Assembly: GCA_026991755.1 (NCBI GenBank)
Contig: JALXAX010000064.1
Location: forward strand, 19,384-51,383
Reading direction: 5' to 3'
DNA length: 32,000 nucleotides
Source: Thiotrichaceae bacterium
GTDB lineage: Bacteria; Pseudomonadota; Gammaproteobacteria; Thiotrichales; Thiotrichaceae
Shown: one piece after another, positions 12,048 through 20,404 of the stretch
Layout: every line of letters starts with the position of its first letter
Position numbering within the stretch: position 1 is the first letter of the stretch
The notes under the pieces: model-generated
Told to the model about the DNA's origin: nothing
Seen by the model: only the letters and a program-made list of their open reading frames with translations
The model's database searches: none
Made by a program: the position numbers and the translations under genes

Positions 12048-12398
12048 TCTAGATTTGCGGCAAAAGTCTTTAATTATGGAACAATTGCTTCGGTTTTAAT
12101 CCCTTTTCCGTTATTTATCTTCTGGTTTGGGGCATCTATGTTTGCTTATGCAATGTATCGCCATCATCCAAATCCAAGAGTAGGCTTTTATACTCAACGC
12201 GCAGCTTATATTTATTATACCCTCGCGGGATTATTGGTACCTGTATTAACCTTTGCGCCTAAAGAATTCTTCACAGAATATTGGTGGGCATTATGGGGAG
12301 CCGCTATATTGGGCGTTGTGCCTTTAGCGATTATCCAAATCATCAAGGTCAATAAAGAAGAATGGACAGACATCCAAATTAACCCAAACAAAAATTAA
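12009..12398 (+). CDS. small integral membrane protein (3 predicted TM helices)
   Basis: 129-aa ORF ending 13 nt before bioB. Hydrophobic stretches IASVLIPFPLFIFWFGASMFAYAM, AAYIYYTLAGLLVPVL and WWALWGAAILGVVPLAII. Confidence 0.6.
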   Translation: MKKADDNIITAKQSRFAAKVFNYGTIASVLIPFPLFIFWFGASMFAYAMYRHHPNPRVGFYTQRAAYIYYTLAGLLVPVLTFAPKEFFTEYWWALWGAAILGVVPLAIIQIIKVNKEEWTDIQINPNKN

Positions 12399-12411
12399 GG
12401 ACGATTAGAGC

Positions 12412-13374
12412 ATGACCGAAGTACGCACAAACTGGGATATCACAGAAATCGAAGCGCTATTTGCACTGCCACTAAATGACCTTCTTTATAAGGCACATAC
12501 GATACACCGCGAAAACTTTACCCCTAATACTGTTCAAGTCAGTACTTTATTGAGCATCAAAACAGGTGCATGTCCTGAGGATTGCTCATACTGTTCGCAA
12601 AGTGCAAGAAATGATACCGGACTCGAACGTGAGAGATTACTTCCTATTGAAGAAGTGATCAGTGCAGCTCAAGAAGCAAAAAACAACGGTGCTACACGTT
12701 TTTGCATGGGAGCAGCATGGCGTAATCCAACGGATAAGAGCCTTGATCACGTGGTTGATATGGTAAGTGCTGTAAAAGCGCTTGGTATGGAAACATGCGT
12801 AACCTTAGGAATGTTGACCGAAAAGCAAACTGATAGACTAAAAACGGCAGGTCTGGACTACTATAATCACAACCTTGATACGTCACCTGAGTTCTACGGT
12901 GAGGTTATTACAACGAGAACCTATCAAGATCGTTTAGATACACTATCTTATGTCAGAGATTCAGGTATCAACGTTTGTTCGGGTGGAATACTAGGATTAG
13001 GTGAAACAGCAAGGGATCGTGCTCGCTTATTGCAAGAACTGGCAAATATGCCTAAGCACCCTGAGTCTGTACCGATAAACGAGCTTGTGCGCATTCCTGG
13101 AACACCGCTTGCAGATAATGAAGCGATAGATTCATTTGATTTTATACGTACCATCGCCGTTGCCAGAATTCTTATGCCTACTTCATATGTGAGGCTTTCC
13201 GCTGGGAGAACAGAAATGAGTGATGAAACACAAGCCATGTGTTTCTTTGCCGGCGCAAACTCCATGTTCTACGGTGATAAGCTATTAACCACAGATAACC
13301 CAGAGGAAAATGCAGATAACTTATTATTTGCTAAACTGGGTCTAGAGCCAGAAAGAGCCAATACCACAAACTAA
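12412..13374 (+). CDS. bioB: biotin synthase (radical SAM)
   Basis: [11 protein letters not shown] radical-SAM CxxxCxxC motif, [29 protein letters not shown]. Confidence 0.95.
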   Translation: MTEVRTNWDITEIEALFALPLNDLLYKAHTIHRENFTPNTVQVSTLLSIKTGACPEDCSYCSQSARNDTGLERERLLPIEEVISAAQEAKNNGATRFCMGAAWRNPTDKSLDHVVDMVSAVKALGMETCVTLGMLTEKQTDRLKTAGLDYYNHNLDTSPEFYGEVITTRTYQDRLDTLSYVRDSGINVCSGGILGLGETARDRARLLQELANMPKHPESVPINELVRIPGTPLADNEAIDSFDFIRTIAVARILMPTSYVRLSAGRTEMSDETQAMCFFAGANSMFYGDKLLTTDNPEENADNLLFAKLGLEPERANTTN

Positions 13375-13407
13375 GCTTTTACCTAGTTAACCCCGAACTC
13401 ATCTATT

Positions 13408-15291
13408 ATGTTCTACTCAAAAAGTTATGATGTCATTGTGATAGGCGGCGGTCACGCAGGTACCGAAGCCGCGCTGGCCTCTGCGCGTATGGGCATGAAC
13501 ACACTCCTGCTAACACACAATATAGAAACCATTGGTCAAATGAGCTGTAACCCTGCCATAGGGGGGATTGGTAAGGGGCATCTAGTTAAAGAGATAGATG
13601 CACTAGGTGGAGCAATGGCACATGCTGCTGATAAAGGCGGAATCCAGTTCAGAACACTAAATTCTCGCAAAGGTCCAGCGGTTAGAGCAACGCGCGCTCA
13701 AGCTGATCGCAGTCGCTATAAAGCAGCCATTCGCAAAGCAGTAGAAAACGAATCAAATCTCGACTTATTTATGCAAGCCGTTGACGATCTCATTATTGAG
13801 AATGATGAAGTCAAAGGTGTAGTTACAGAGATGGGGCTAAAATTTAAAGCACATTCAGTGGTATTAACCGTTGGCACATTCCTTGCTGGTAAAATCCATA
13901 TAGGCGATAGCAATCAACGAGCAGGCAGAGCAGGCGATCCGCCCGCCAATGCGCTTGCGAAACGACTAAGAGAACTACCCTTCAGAGTAGACCGTTTAAA
14001 GACAGGTACACCTGCAAGACTCGATAGCAGAACCATCAACTACAGCGTTTTACAAGAACAGCCAGGCGATGAGCCACGGCCTGTATTCTCCTTTTTAGGG
14101 AGTGATGTAGATCATCCGCCTCAAATATCCTGCCATATCACCTATACCAATGAGAAAACTCACGAAATCATCCAACAAGGCATCCCCCGCTCACCCCTTT
14201 TTACTGGCGCGATTGAAGGAGTTGGTCCCCGTTATTGTCCTTCAATAGAAGATAAAGTCGTGCGTTTTGCAGAACGTGATAGTCATCAAATATTTGTCGA
14301 ACCAGAAGGTTTGGATAGCTACGAAGTGTACCCAAACGGGATCTCCACAAGCTTACCGTTTGATGTGCAAATAGATTTTATCCATTCTATTGTTGGTTTC
14401 GAGAATGCCCATATAACACGCCCAGGTTATGCTATCGAATATGATTATTTTGATCCGCGTGATCTTCGCGATACCCTAGAAACAAAATATATCAACGGCT
14501 TGTATTTCGCGGGTCAAATCAACGGCACAACAGGCTATGAAGAAGCGGCGGCTCAAGGTTTGCTAGCAGGAACAAACGCTGCACTTAGAGTGCAAGAAAA
14601 AGATAGTTGGTCGCCACTAAGAAGCGAAGCCTATATCGGTGTATTAGTTGATGACCTTACTACAAACGGAACAATAGAACCTTATAGAATGTTCACTAGC
14701 CGAGCAGAACACCGTTTACTACTTCGCGAAGACAACGCAGATTTGCGACTTACCGAAAAAGGTTATGCATTAGGCTTAGTAAGCGATAAACGCTGGGAAG
14801 CCTTCTGTAAAAAACGTGAAGCCATAGCGCTAGAAAAACAACGCATCAAAGAAACTTTCATCACGCCTGCTATGTTAAGCGAAACACAAACACACGCCTT
14901 GTTTGATGGCCCACTTAGTCGTGAATATCATCTCGACGAATTGTTGCGAAGACCTAATGTGACTTACGCTGACCTAATGACAATCGAAGGCATTGGCCCA
15001 GGCGTAGAAGACAAAAAAGTGGCCGAGCAAGTAGAAACCCAATTTAAGTACGCAGGTTACATAGAGCGCCAGCAAGACGAAGTTGCCAAACAATTGCGTA
15101 ACGAAAATACAAAACTGCCTGATGATATCGACTACAGCCAAGTACACGGCTTATCCAACGAAGCCCGTCAAAAATTTGAAGAAGCTAGGCCTGAAAGCAT
15201 CGGTAAAGCGTCACGAATTTCAGGTATCACACCTGCCGCTATTTCGTTATTGCTAGTCCATCTTAAAAAACGCAAACTCATTAATACATGA
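13408..15291 (+). CDS. mnmG: tRNA uridine-5-carboxymethylaminomethyl modification enzyme MnmG (GidA)
   Basis: [19 protein letters not shown] motif, [24 protein letters not shown], 627 aa. Confidence 0.97.
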   Translation: MFYSKSYDVIVIGGGHAGTEAALASARMGMNTLLLTHNIETIGQMSCNPAIGGIGKGHLVKEIDALGGAMAHAADKGGIQFRTLNSRKGPAVRATRAQADRSRYKAAIRKAVENESNLDLFMQAVDDLIIENDEVKGVVTEMGLKFKAHSVVLTVGTFLAGKIHIGDSNQRAGRAGDPPANALAKRLRELPFRVDRLKTGTPARLDSRTINYSVLQEQPGDEPRPVFSFLGSDVDHPPQISCHITYTNEKTHEIIQQGIPRSPLFTGAIEGVGPRYCPSIEDKVVRFAERDSHQIFVEPEGLDSYEVYPNGISTSLPFDVQIDFIHSIVGFENAHITRPGYAIEYDYFDPRDLRDTLETKYINGLYFAGQINGTTGYEEAAAQGLLAGTNAALRVQEKDSWSPLRSEAYIGVLVDDLTTNGTIEPYRMFTSRAEHRLLLREDNADLRLTEKGYALGLVSDKRWEAFCKKREAIALEKQRIKETFITPAMLSETQTHALFDGPLSREYHLDELLRRPNVTYADLMTIEGIGPGVEDKKVAEQVETQFKYAGYIERQQDEVAKQLRNENTKLPDDIDYSQVHGLSNEARQKFEEARPESIGKASRISGITPAAISLLLVHLKKRKLINT

Positions 15292-15920
15292 TTAGCCTAG
15301 AAGCAGGACTCGAAGCACTTAACTGCTCAGTGAATGAAACCCAGATCAAGCAACTACAAGGTTACGTAGATATGCTGATGCGCTGGAACAAAGTTTATAA
15401 TCTAACAGCGATCACTGATGCTGATGATGTTTTGCGGTTACATATCTTTGATAGCTTAGCCGTTGCACCATTTATTGAAGGCCGCAGCTTTTTGGACGTA
15501 GGCAGTGGTGGAGGTTTACCTGGTATACCGCTGGCCATTTTAAACCCCGAAAGACAATTCACCTTACTTGATAAAGTGGGCAAAAAAAGCCGTTTTATGC
15601 GCCAAGCAGCGATTGAGCTAAAACTACCTAATGTCAGTGTTGAACAAACGCGTGTAGAAAGCTGGTCATCTGATATCGAATTTGATGCTATTATTAGCCG
15701 AGCATTTTCCTCAGTCGTCGACTTTGTATCGCTCACAGGAAAACACATGCACCCACAAGGTAGCTTATACGCCATGAAAGGCCGTTACCCCACTAATGAG
15801 TTAGCACAATTACCCCAACAATATCGCGTAGTGGCTGAGCGTAAATTACAGGTTCCTCAGTTAGATGCAGAACGTTACCTCATAGAAATAAAGCATACAG
15901 AGAATACACATAATGGCTAA
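15288..15920 (+). CDS. rsmG: 16S rRNA (guanine527-N7)-methyltransferase RsmG (GidB)
   Basis: [10 protein letters not shown]..., [19 protein letters not shown] motif. ATGA overlap with mnmG. Confidence 0.94.
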   Translation: MISLEAGLEALNCSVNETQIKQLQGYVDMLMRWNKVYNLTAITDADDVLRLHIFDSLAVAPFIEGRSFLDVGSGGGLPGIPLAILNPERQFTLLDKVGKKSRFMRQAAIELKLPNVSVEQTRVESWSSDIEFDAIISRAFSSVVDFVSLTGKHMHPQGSLYAMKGRYPTNELAQLPQQYRVVAERKLQVPQLDAERYLIEIKHTENTHNG

Positions 15921-16701
15921 AGTCATCGCAATTGCCAATCAGAAAGGTGGAGTTGGCAAAACCACGACCAGCGTAAATCTTGCTGCATCGCTATCCGCAA
16001 TGAAGCGAAAAGTGCTTATTGTTGATATGGATCCTCAAGGCAATGCCACTACAGGTATGGGCATTGATAAGAATGAACAAGAATATTCATTGAGTGAAGC
16101 GTTGTTAAATCAGGTAAGTATTGATCAAGTTATCAAAACTGTTCCTGATACCAATATAGACATGCTTCCAGGTGGAGCAGATATGACCGTTGCTGAAATA
16201 ACCTTGATGAATGAAGACGATCGAGAATACCGCTTACGTGCTGTGCTTGAAAATATCAAAGGTAATTATGATTACATCGTTATCGACTGTCCTCCCTCAT
16301 TAAACATGCTAACGGTTAACGCATTAGTAGCGGCAGATGGCATCATGATTCCCATGCAGTGTGAATATTATGCGCTTGAAGGCTTATCGGCATTAATGGG
16401 ATCGGTTGAAACCATTCGTGAAAGTTCAAATCCAGATTTAGAAATCACGGGCTTATTGCGCACTATGTATGACCCTAGAAACAATCTAGCGCGTGACGTA
16501 TCCAGTCAACTTTCTGAATACTTTGGTGATAAGCTTTATAATACTTCGATCCCACGTAATGTACGTTTGGCAGAAGCACCTAGTCATGGGCTACCTGTAT
16601 TGTCTTACGATAAGCACTCGCGTGGAGCTTTAGCGTATTTAGCCATGGCAGCAGAAATGATTCGCAAAGATACAAGCCGAGTTGCGGAGCTATCTAACTA
16701 A
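15913..16701 (+). CDS. parA: chromosome partitioning ATPase ParA (Soj)
   Basis: IAIANQKGGVGKTTT deviant Walker A, DCPPSL, IPRNVRLAEAPSHG. Confidence 0.95.
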   Translation: MAKVIAIANQKGGVGKTTTSVNLAASLSAMKRKVLIVDMDPQGNATTGMGIDKNEQEYSLSEALLNQVSIDQVIKTVPDTNIDMLPGGADMTVAEITLMNEDDREYRLRAVLENIKGNYDYIVIDCPPSLNMLTVNALVAADGIMIPMQCEYYALEGLSALMGSVETIRESSNPDLEITGLLRTMYDPRNNLARDVSSQLSEYFGDKLYNTSIPRNVRLAEAPSHGLPVLSYDKHSRGALAYLAMAAEMIRKDTSRVAELSN

Positions 16702-16777
16702 GCTCTAACTAGGCTATCAAGCTAGAGAGCTTTAAATTATTTGATGCAGACAATAAAGAATAGAGAAGTGAAATAAT

Positions 16778-17638
16778 ATGGTCAGAAAACCAGGTTTAGG
16801 AAAAGGCTTAGATATCTTGCTCAGTTCTGCTAGTAAAGCCAAAAAAGCAGAAGAGAATAGTAACTCAGGTATGCGCTTGCTACCTGTCGATAAAATCGAA
16901 AAAGGACAATATCAACCTCGTTTAAGTATTGAGCCAGAAGCTCTGCAACAATTGGCTGATTCTATTAAAGCACAAGGCTTAATCCAGCCTGTAGTGGTGC
17001 GTCCTATTGGTGGTGGAAAGTTTGAGCTTATAGCCGGTGAACGTCGCTGGCGTGCTTGCCAAATCGCAGGTTTGTATGATATTCCCGCTGTTGTAAAAAA
17101 CATTCCTGATCAAGCTGCTGCAGCCATGTCGCTGATCGAAAACATTCAGCGTGAAGACCTAAACCCATTAGAAGAAGCCATAGCGATGGAACGCCTTATC
17201 GAAGAGTTTGGCTTAACACACCAACAAACTGCTGATTCAGTAGGTCGCTCACGTTCAGCTATCACCAACTTGTTGCGCCTATTAGTGCTTGAAGATAAAA
17301 CCAAGGCCTTGTTAGATAAAGGCGAGCTAGAAATGGGACATGCTCGTGCATTACTTGGCTTAGGAGGTTCTAAGCAGGTAGAAGCCGCAGAGAAAGTAGC
17401 CAACAGAGGCATGAGTGTTCGAGACACTGAACGATTAGTAAAAAAACTAGCTAATCCTGACGCAGGTAAGCAAGTTGAATCAAATAAAGCACCAGAAGTA
17501 CTAAAATTGGAACAACAGCTTAGTGAAAAGTTAGGCGCTAATATCCAGATTAAGTACAACAACAAAGGTAAAGGCAAGCTGACGATTGACTACAACAGCC
17601 TTGATGAGTTGGACGGTATTTTAGAACACATCAAGTAA
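16778..17638 (+). CDS. parB: chromosome partitioning protein ParB (Spo0J)
   Basis: GLGKGLD, QPRL, LIQPVVVRP, ELIAGERRWRA, ENIQREDLNP, HTH QQTADSVGRSRSAITN. Confidence 0.95.
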   Translation: MVRKPGLGKGLDILLSSASKAKKAEENSNSGMRLLPVDKIEKGQYQPRLSIEPEALQQLADSIKAQGLIQPVVVRPIGGGKFELIAGERRWRACQIAGLYDIPAVVKNIPDQAAAAMSLIENIQREDLNPLEEAIAMERLIEEFGLTHQQTADSVGRSRSAITNLLRLLVLEDKTKALLDKGELEMGHARALLGLGGSKQVEAAEKVANRGMSVRDTERLVKKLANPDAGKQVESNKAPEVLKLEQQLSEKLGANIQIKYNNKGKGKLTIDYNSLDELDGILEHIK

Positions 17639-17650
17639 TTAATGGCTAAG

Positions 17651-17833
17651 TTGAATTTAACCTGAATCAGTGATTTCACTACGGCATAGGGAATAAGATA
17701 TTGATTCATCACGGGTTTAAAAAATACCCGCTTAACGAAGGGTGAAGCTAAGATTTTTTAAAATCCCGTGCTAAACCAATCTCTTATCCCCTATTATCCG
17801 CATTGAAGTCACGGATTCAGGTTTAAATTTCAA
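17651..17833. repeat. 183-bp long imperfect palindrome (MITE-like or structured-RNA element) downstream of parB
   Basis: Left arm TTGAATTTAACCTGAATCAGTGA... pairs with right arm ...TCACGGATTCAGGTTTAAATTTCAA. Complementarity runs through about 80 nt per arm (ACGGGTTTAAAAAAT / ATTTTTTAAAATCCCGT near the centre). Confidence 0.7.
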
Positions 17834-17945
17834 GGTGTTTCTATTAATTCTGGTCGGAGTTGCTTAGCTGAGCTTTAGCAAATCTTAGAAGTTTCAGCAG
17901 ATTCTTCCTATAGAAGGGAGTTTTAAAAATGGAAACCAAGCCACT

Positions 17946-19088
17946 TTGCAAGAAATAAAGATACACCCCTCTATATCGGAAATCCCCCAAGAGCATTGGA
18001 ATCAGCTAATTGTTGATAACAATCCCTTCATCCGTCATGAATTCCTAAAAGCTCTCGAAGATCATCATTGTGTAGGCAAAAGCTTTGGTTGGCTACCACG
18101 ACATATCAGCATCTATGAAACCAATAAAGCGGGCAAAACTAGCCTAATCGCAGCCATGCCTCTCTATGAAAAATACAATTCTTACGGGGAGTTTGTATTT
18201 GATCACGCATGGGCAGATGCTTGGCAACGCGCAGGGCTTCAATATTTTCCTAAACTGGTCTCATCCGCCCCCTATACACCTGCACAAGGTCAGCGCCTGT
18301 TAGCAAAGCCGCAAGACTTAGAAAAAGTAGCATCGATGTTGTTACAAGTTGCCAAAGAAATAGCGAAACAAAATAACATGAGTGGCCTGCATGTTCTTTT
18401 CCCCAGTACGACAGAGCAGCAATGGTTAGAAAAGCAGGGTATGTTAGTTCGCCATGACTGTCAGTTTCATTGGCGTAATAATAGCTACCAGACTTTTGAT
18501 GACTTCCTTTCAGCACTAACCGCCAAGAAGCGTAAGAATATTCGTCAAGAAAGAAAGCGCGTACAACAAAGCGGAATAAAGCTCAGAGTACTAAGTGGTC
18601 ATACTGCCAACGAGCAAGATTGGGATGATATGGCGAGGTTTTATCAAAGTACTTTTGATGAAAAGTGGGGTACAGCTACTTTAAATGCAGCTTTTTTCAA
18701 ACAGGTAGCCCAGAAGATGCCTGATCAGATTGTACTGGTATTAGCAGATAAAGATGAACAATGCGTGGCAGGATCCTTAATGTATCGAAGTGATACCACG
18801 TTATACGGTCGCTATTGGGGCTGTGATGAGGAAATAGACAAGTTGCATTTTGAAGCCTGTTATTATCAGGGAATAGAATACTGTATTGAACATGGTTTAA
18901 CGTTATTTGAGCCTGGTGCACAAGGCGAACATAAGATAGCCAGAGGCTTCTTGCCGACATTAACCCAATCCAGTCATTGGTTAGTGGAGAACCCTTTTCA
19001 AGACAGCATTAAGCGTTATACCGAGCATGAGCAAGTTGCTGTAACTGAATATATCGAAAGCTGTAATCAGCATAACCCGTATAAGTAG
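17946..19088 (+). CDS. DUF482 / FemAB-like GNAT-fold protein
   Basis: 380-aa ORF with TTG start. I..IPQEHWNQL...NPFIRHEFLKALE, NSYGEFVFDHAWADAW and YFPKL...PYTP recall the PF04339-type family. Assigned from memory, not searched. Confidence 0.6.
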   Translation: MQEIKIHPSISEIPQEHWNQLIVDNNPFIRHEFLKALEDHHCVGKSFGWLPRHISIYETNKAGKTSLIAAMPLYEKYNSYGEFVFDHAWADAWQRAGLQYFPKLVSSAPYTPAQGQRLLAKPQDLEKVASMLLQVAKEIAKQNNMSGLHVLFPSTTEQQWLEKQGMLVRHDCQFHWRNNSYQTFDDFLSALTAKKRKNIRQERKRVQQSGIKLRVLSGHTANEQDWDDMARFYQSTFDEKWGTATLNAAFFKQVAQKMPDQIVLVLADKDEQCVAGSLMYRSDTTLYGRYWGCDEEIDKLHFEACYYQGIEYCIEHGLTLFEPGAQGEHKIARGFLPTLTQSSHWLVENPFQDSIKRYTEHEQVAVTEYIESCNQHNPYK

Positions 19089-19111
19089 CACTAATTTAAT
19101 AAGGCAAATAA

Positions 19112-19714
19112 ATGAAACCCTTCTCAGAATCGTGCGTACAAAATCGTGAACCTATATTTAACATCATTCAGCCTTTATTTGAAAACAGCAAAAATCTCTT
19201 AGAGATAGGCAGTGGCACGGGTCAACATGCGGTTTATTTTGCCAAAGAAATGCCTCATTTAAGTTGGCAAACTAGTGATCTGGAAGAAAACCATGAAGGC
19301 ATCAACCAATGGTTGAATGAAGCTCAACTAAGTAATATAAAGCCACCCGTATCATTAGCGGCTTGTGATCAACTGGCATGGACAAGCTTAGATGGCCCTG
19401 GTAAGTACGATGCTATATTTTCTGCTAATGCTGTACATATCATGGGCAAAGAAGATGTGCAGTGTTTGATAAAGAACATCGGTACAGTGATAGCTCAGAA
19501 CGGGCTTTTTGTTTTATACGGTCCGTTTAATTATGACGGAAAATTCACCAGTGAGAGCAATGCACGCTTTGACATCTGGTTAAAAGATCGAAATCCAGAA
19601 AGTGGAATACGTGATTTTGAATGGCTTGATGAGTTGGCTAATCAAGCAGGAATGACGTTTCAACAGGACTACAAAATGCCTGCAAATAATCGCATTCTGG
19701 TATGGCGAAAATAG
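19112..19714 (+). CDS. DUF938 family class I SAM-dependent methyltransferase
   Basis: NREPIFNII..., LEIGSGTGQHAVYFA, LYGPFNYDGKFTSESNARFD, GIRDFEWL and MPANNRILVW are hallmark DUF938 motifs. Confidence 0.8.
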   Translation: MKPFSESCVQNREPIFNIIQPLFENSKNLLEIGSGTGQHAVYFAKEMPHLSWQTSDLEENHEGINQWLNEAQLSNIKPPVSLAACDQLAWTSLDGPGKYDAIFSANAVHIMGKEDVQCLIKNIGTVIAQNGLFVLYGPFNYDGKFTSESNARFDIWLKDRNPESGIRDFEWLDELANQAGMTFQQDYKMPANNRILVWRK

Positions 19715-19736
19715 TCATTTCATAACAATTACTTAT

Positions 19737-20336
19737 CTAGGCGATTTCCTTATGCTCTCTGCAAATTAGCCTTATATCTTCAATAGAAAGAGGCTTTTTG
19801 ACGAGTGTACAAAAATAGCCATCAGTACGCTTCTCGTTGTGGTAGCAGCTGTGGCAAGCCCCAAAACTTTTCATCTTGTTGGATTTCATAATTGCTACGA
19901 GCAATTGCTTTAGCGCATTATCAATCTCTGTTTGTGCCTTATTGGTGAGTGACTTACAGCCATTGGTAAACAGTGGTGTTGGAATAAGTGCCTTCAATAA
20001 AGCCAAACCATCATCGGTAATTTTGAGGTGTGTCAGACGCTTATCATTATCATCGGGTTGTTTTCTTAGATAGCCTTTTTTTTCCAGCACCTTCAAGGTT
20101 TGCGAAACCGTTCCCTTGGTTTGACCCAAATATTCAGTAACCGCCATCGGTGTGTCTGAAAAACGATTACAGAGTGACAAGTAATGCAATGCCTCTAGCT
20201 GGATAGGCTGTAACCCATATTCGGAACCTTTGCCTCTTGCATCAGTGCGCAATAAGTTGCTAAGGCGTTCTAGTGTGTCGTAGATGGAATGAGATTTCAT
20301 ATTGCATATAGTATCGACTAAAAACATTCTTGACAA
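19737..20336 (-). CDS. MarR-family transcriptional regulator with C-terminal 4-Cys extension
   Basis: Winged-helix core LQPIQLEALHYLS...TEYLGQTKGTVSQTLKVLEKKGYLRKQPDDNDKRLTHLKITDDG. Tail is CHSCYHNEKRTDGYFC...LICREH. Start is ambiguous (TTG 20336, ATG 20327 or ATG 20300). Confidence 0.8.
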   Translation of the reverse strand: MSRMFLVDTICNMKSHSIYDTLERLSNLLRTDARGKGSEYGLQPIQLEALHYLSLCNRFSDTPMAVTEYLGQTKGTVSQTLKVLEKKGYLRKQPDDNDKRLTHLKITDDGLALLKALIPTPLFTNGCKSLTNKAQTEIDNALKQLLVAIMKSNKMKSFGACHSCYHNEKRTDGYFCTLVKKPLSIEDIRLICREHKEIA

Positions 20337-20380
20337 GTCGGCAAATGTTCCTCATGATAATTAAGGTATCGATTCGATAC
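20330..20380 (+). promoter_or_regulatory. candidate promoter plus palindromic MarR-type operator for the downstream secreted-protein gene
   Basis: TTGACA (20330-35), then a -10-like CATGAT/GATAAT (20353-61). Perfect 7-1-7 palindrome GTATCGA-T-TCGATAC at 20366-80. A GTATCGA half-site recurs at 20311-17. Confidence 0.45.
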
Positions 20381-20404
20381 ATTTAATTTATTACATAGGA
20401 AACA

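Noticed and set aside
17794-17802. DnaA-box-like TTATCCGCA (and TTATCCCCT nearby) inside the palindromic element after parB, raising the possibility of oriC or a DnaA-titrating site
   Set aside because: Only one 8/9 match plus weaker ones. They form part of the palindrome arms, and there is no AT-rich DUE or box cluster. This is insufficient for an origin call.
12692-19000. Antisense ORFs within bioB, mnmG, rsmG, parB and the DUF482 gene (12692..12886-, 12948..13265-, 13716..13913-, 15395..15775-, 16912..17103-, 17146..17577-, 18250..18516-, 18697..18960-)
   Set aside because: Shadow ORFs opposite well-supported genes, with no independent signals.
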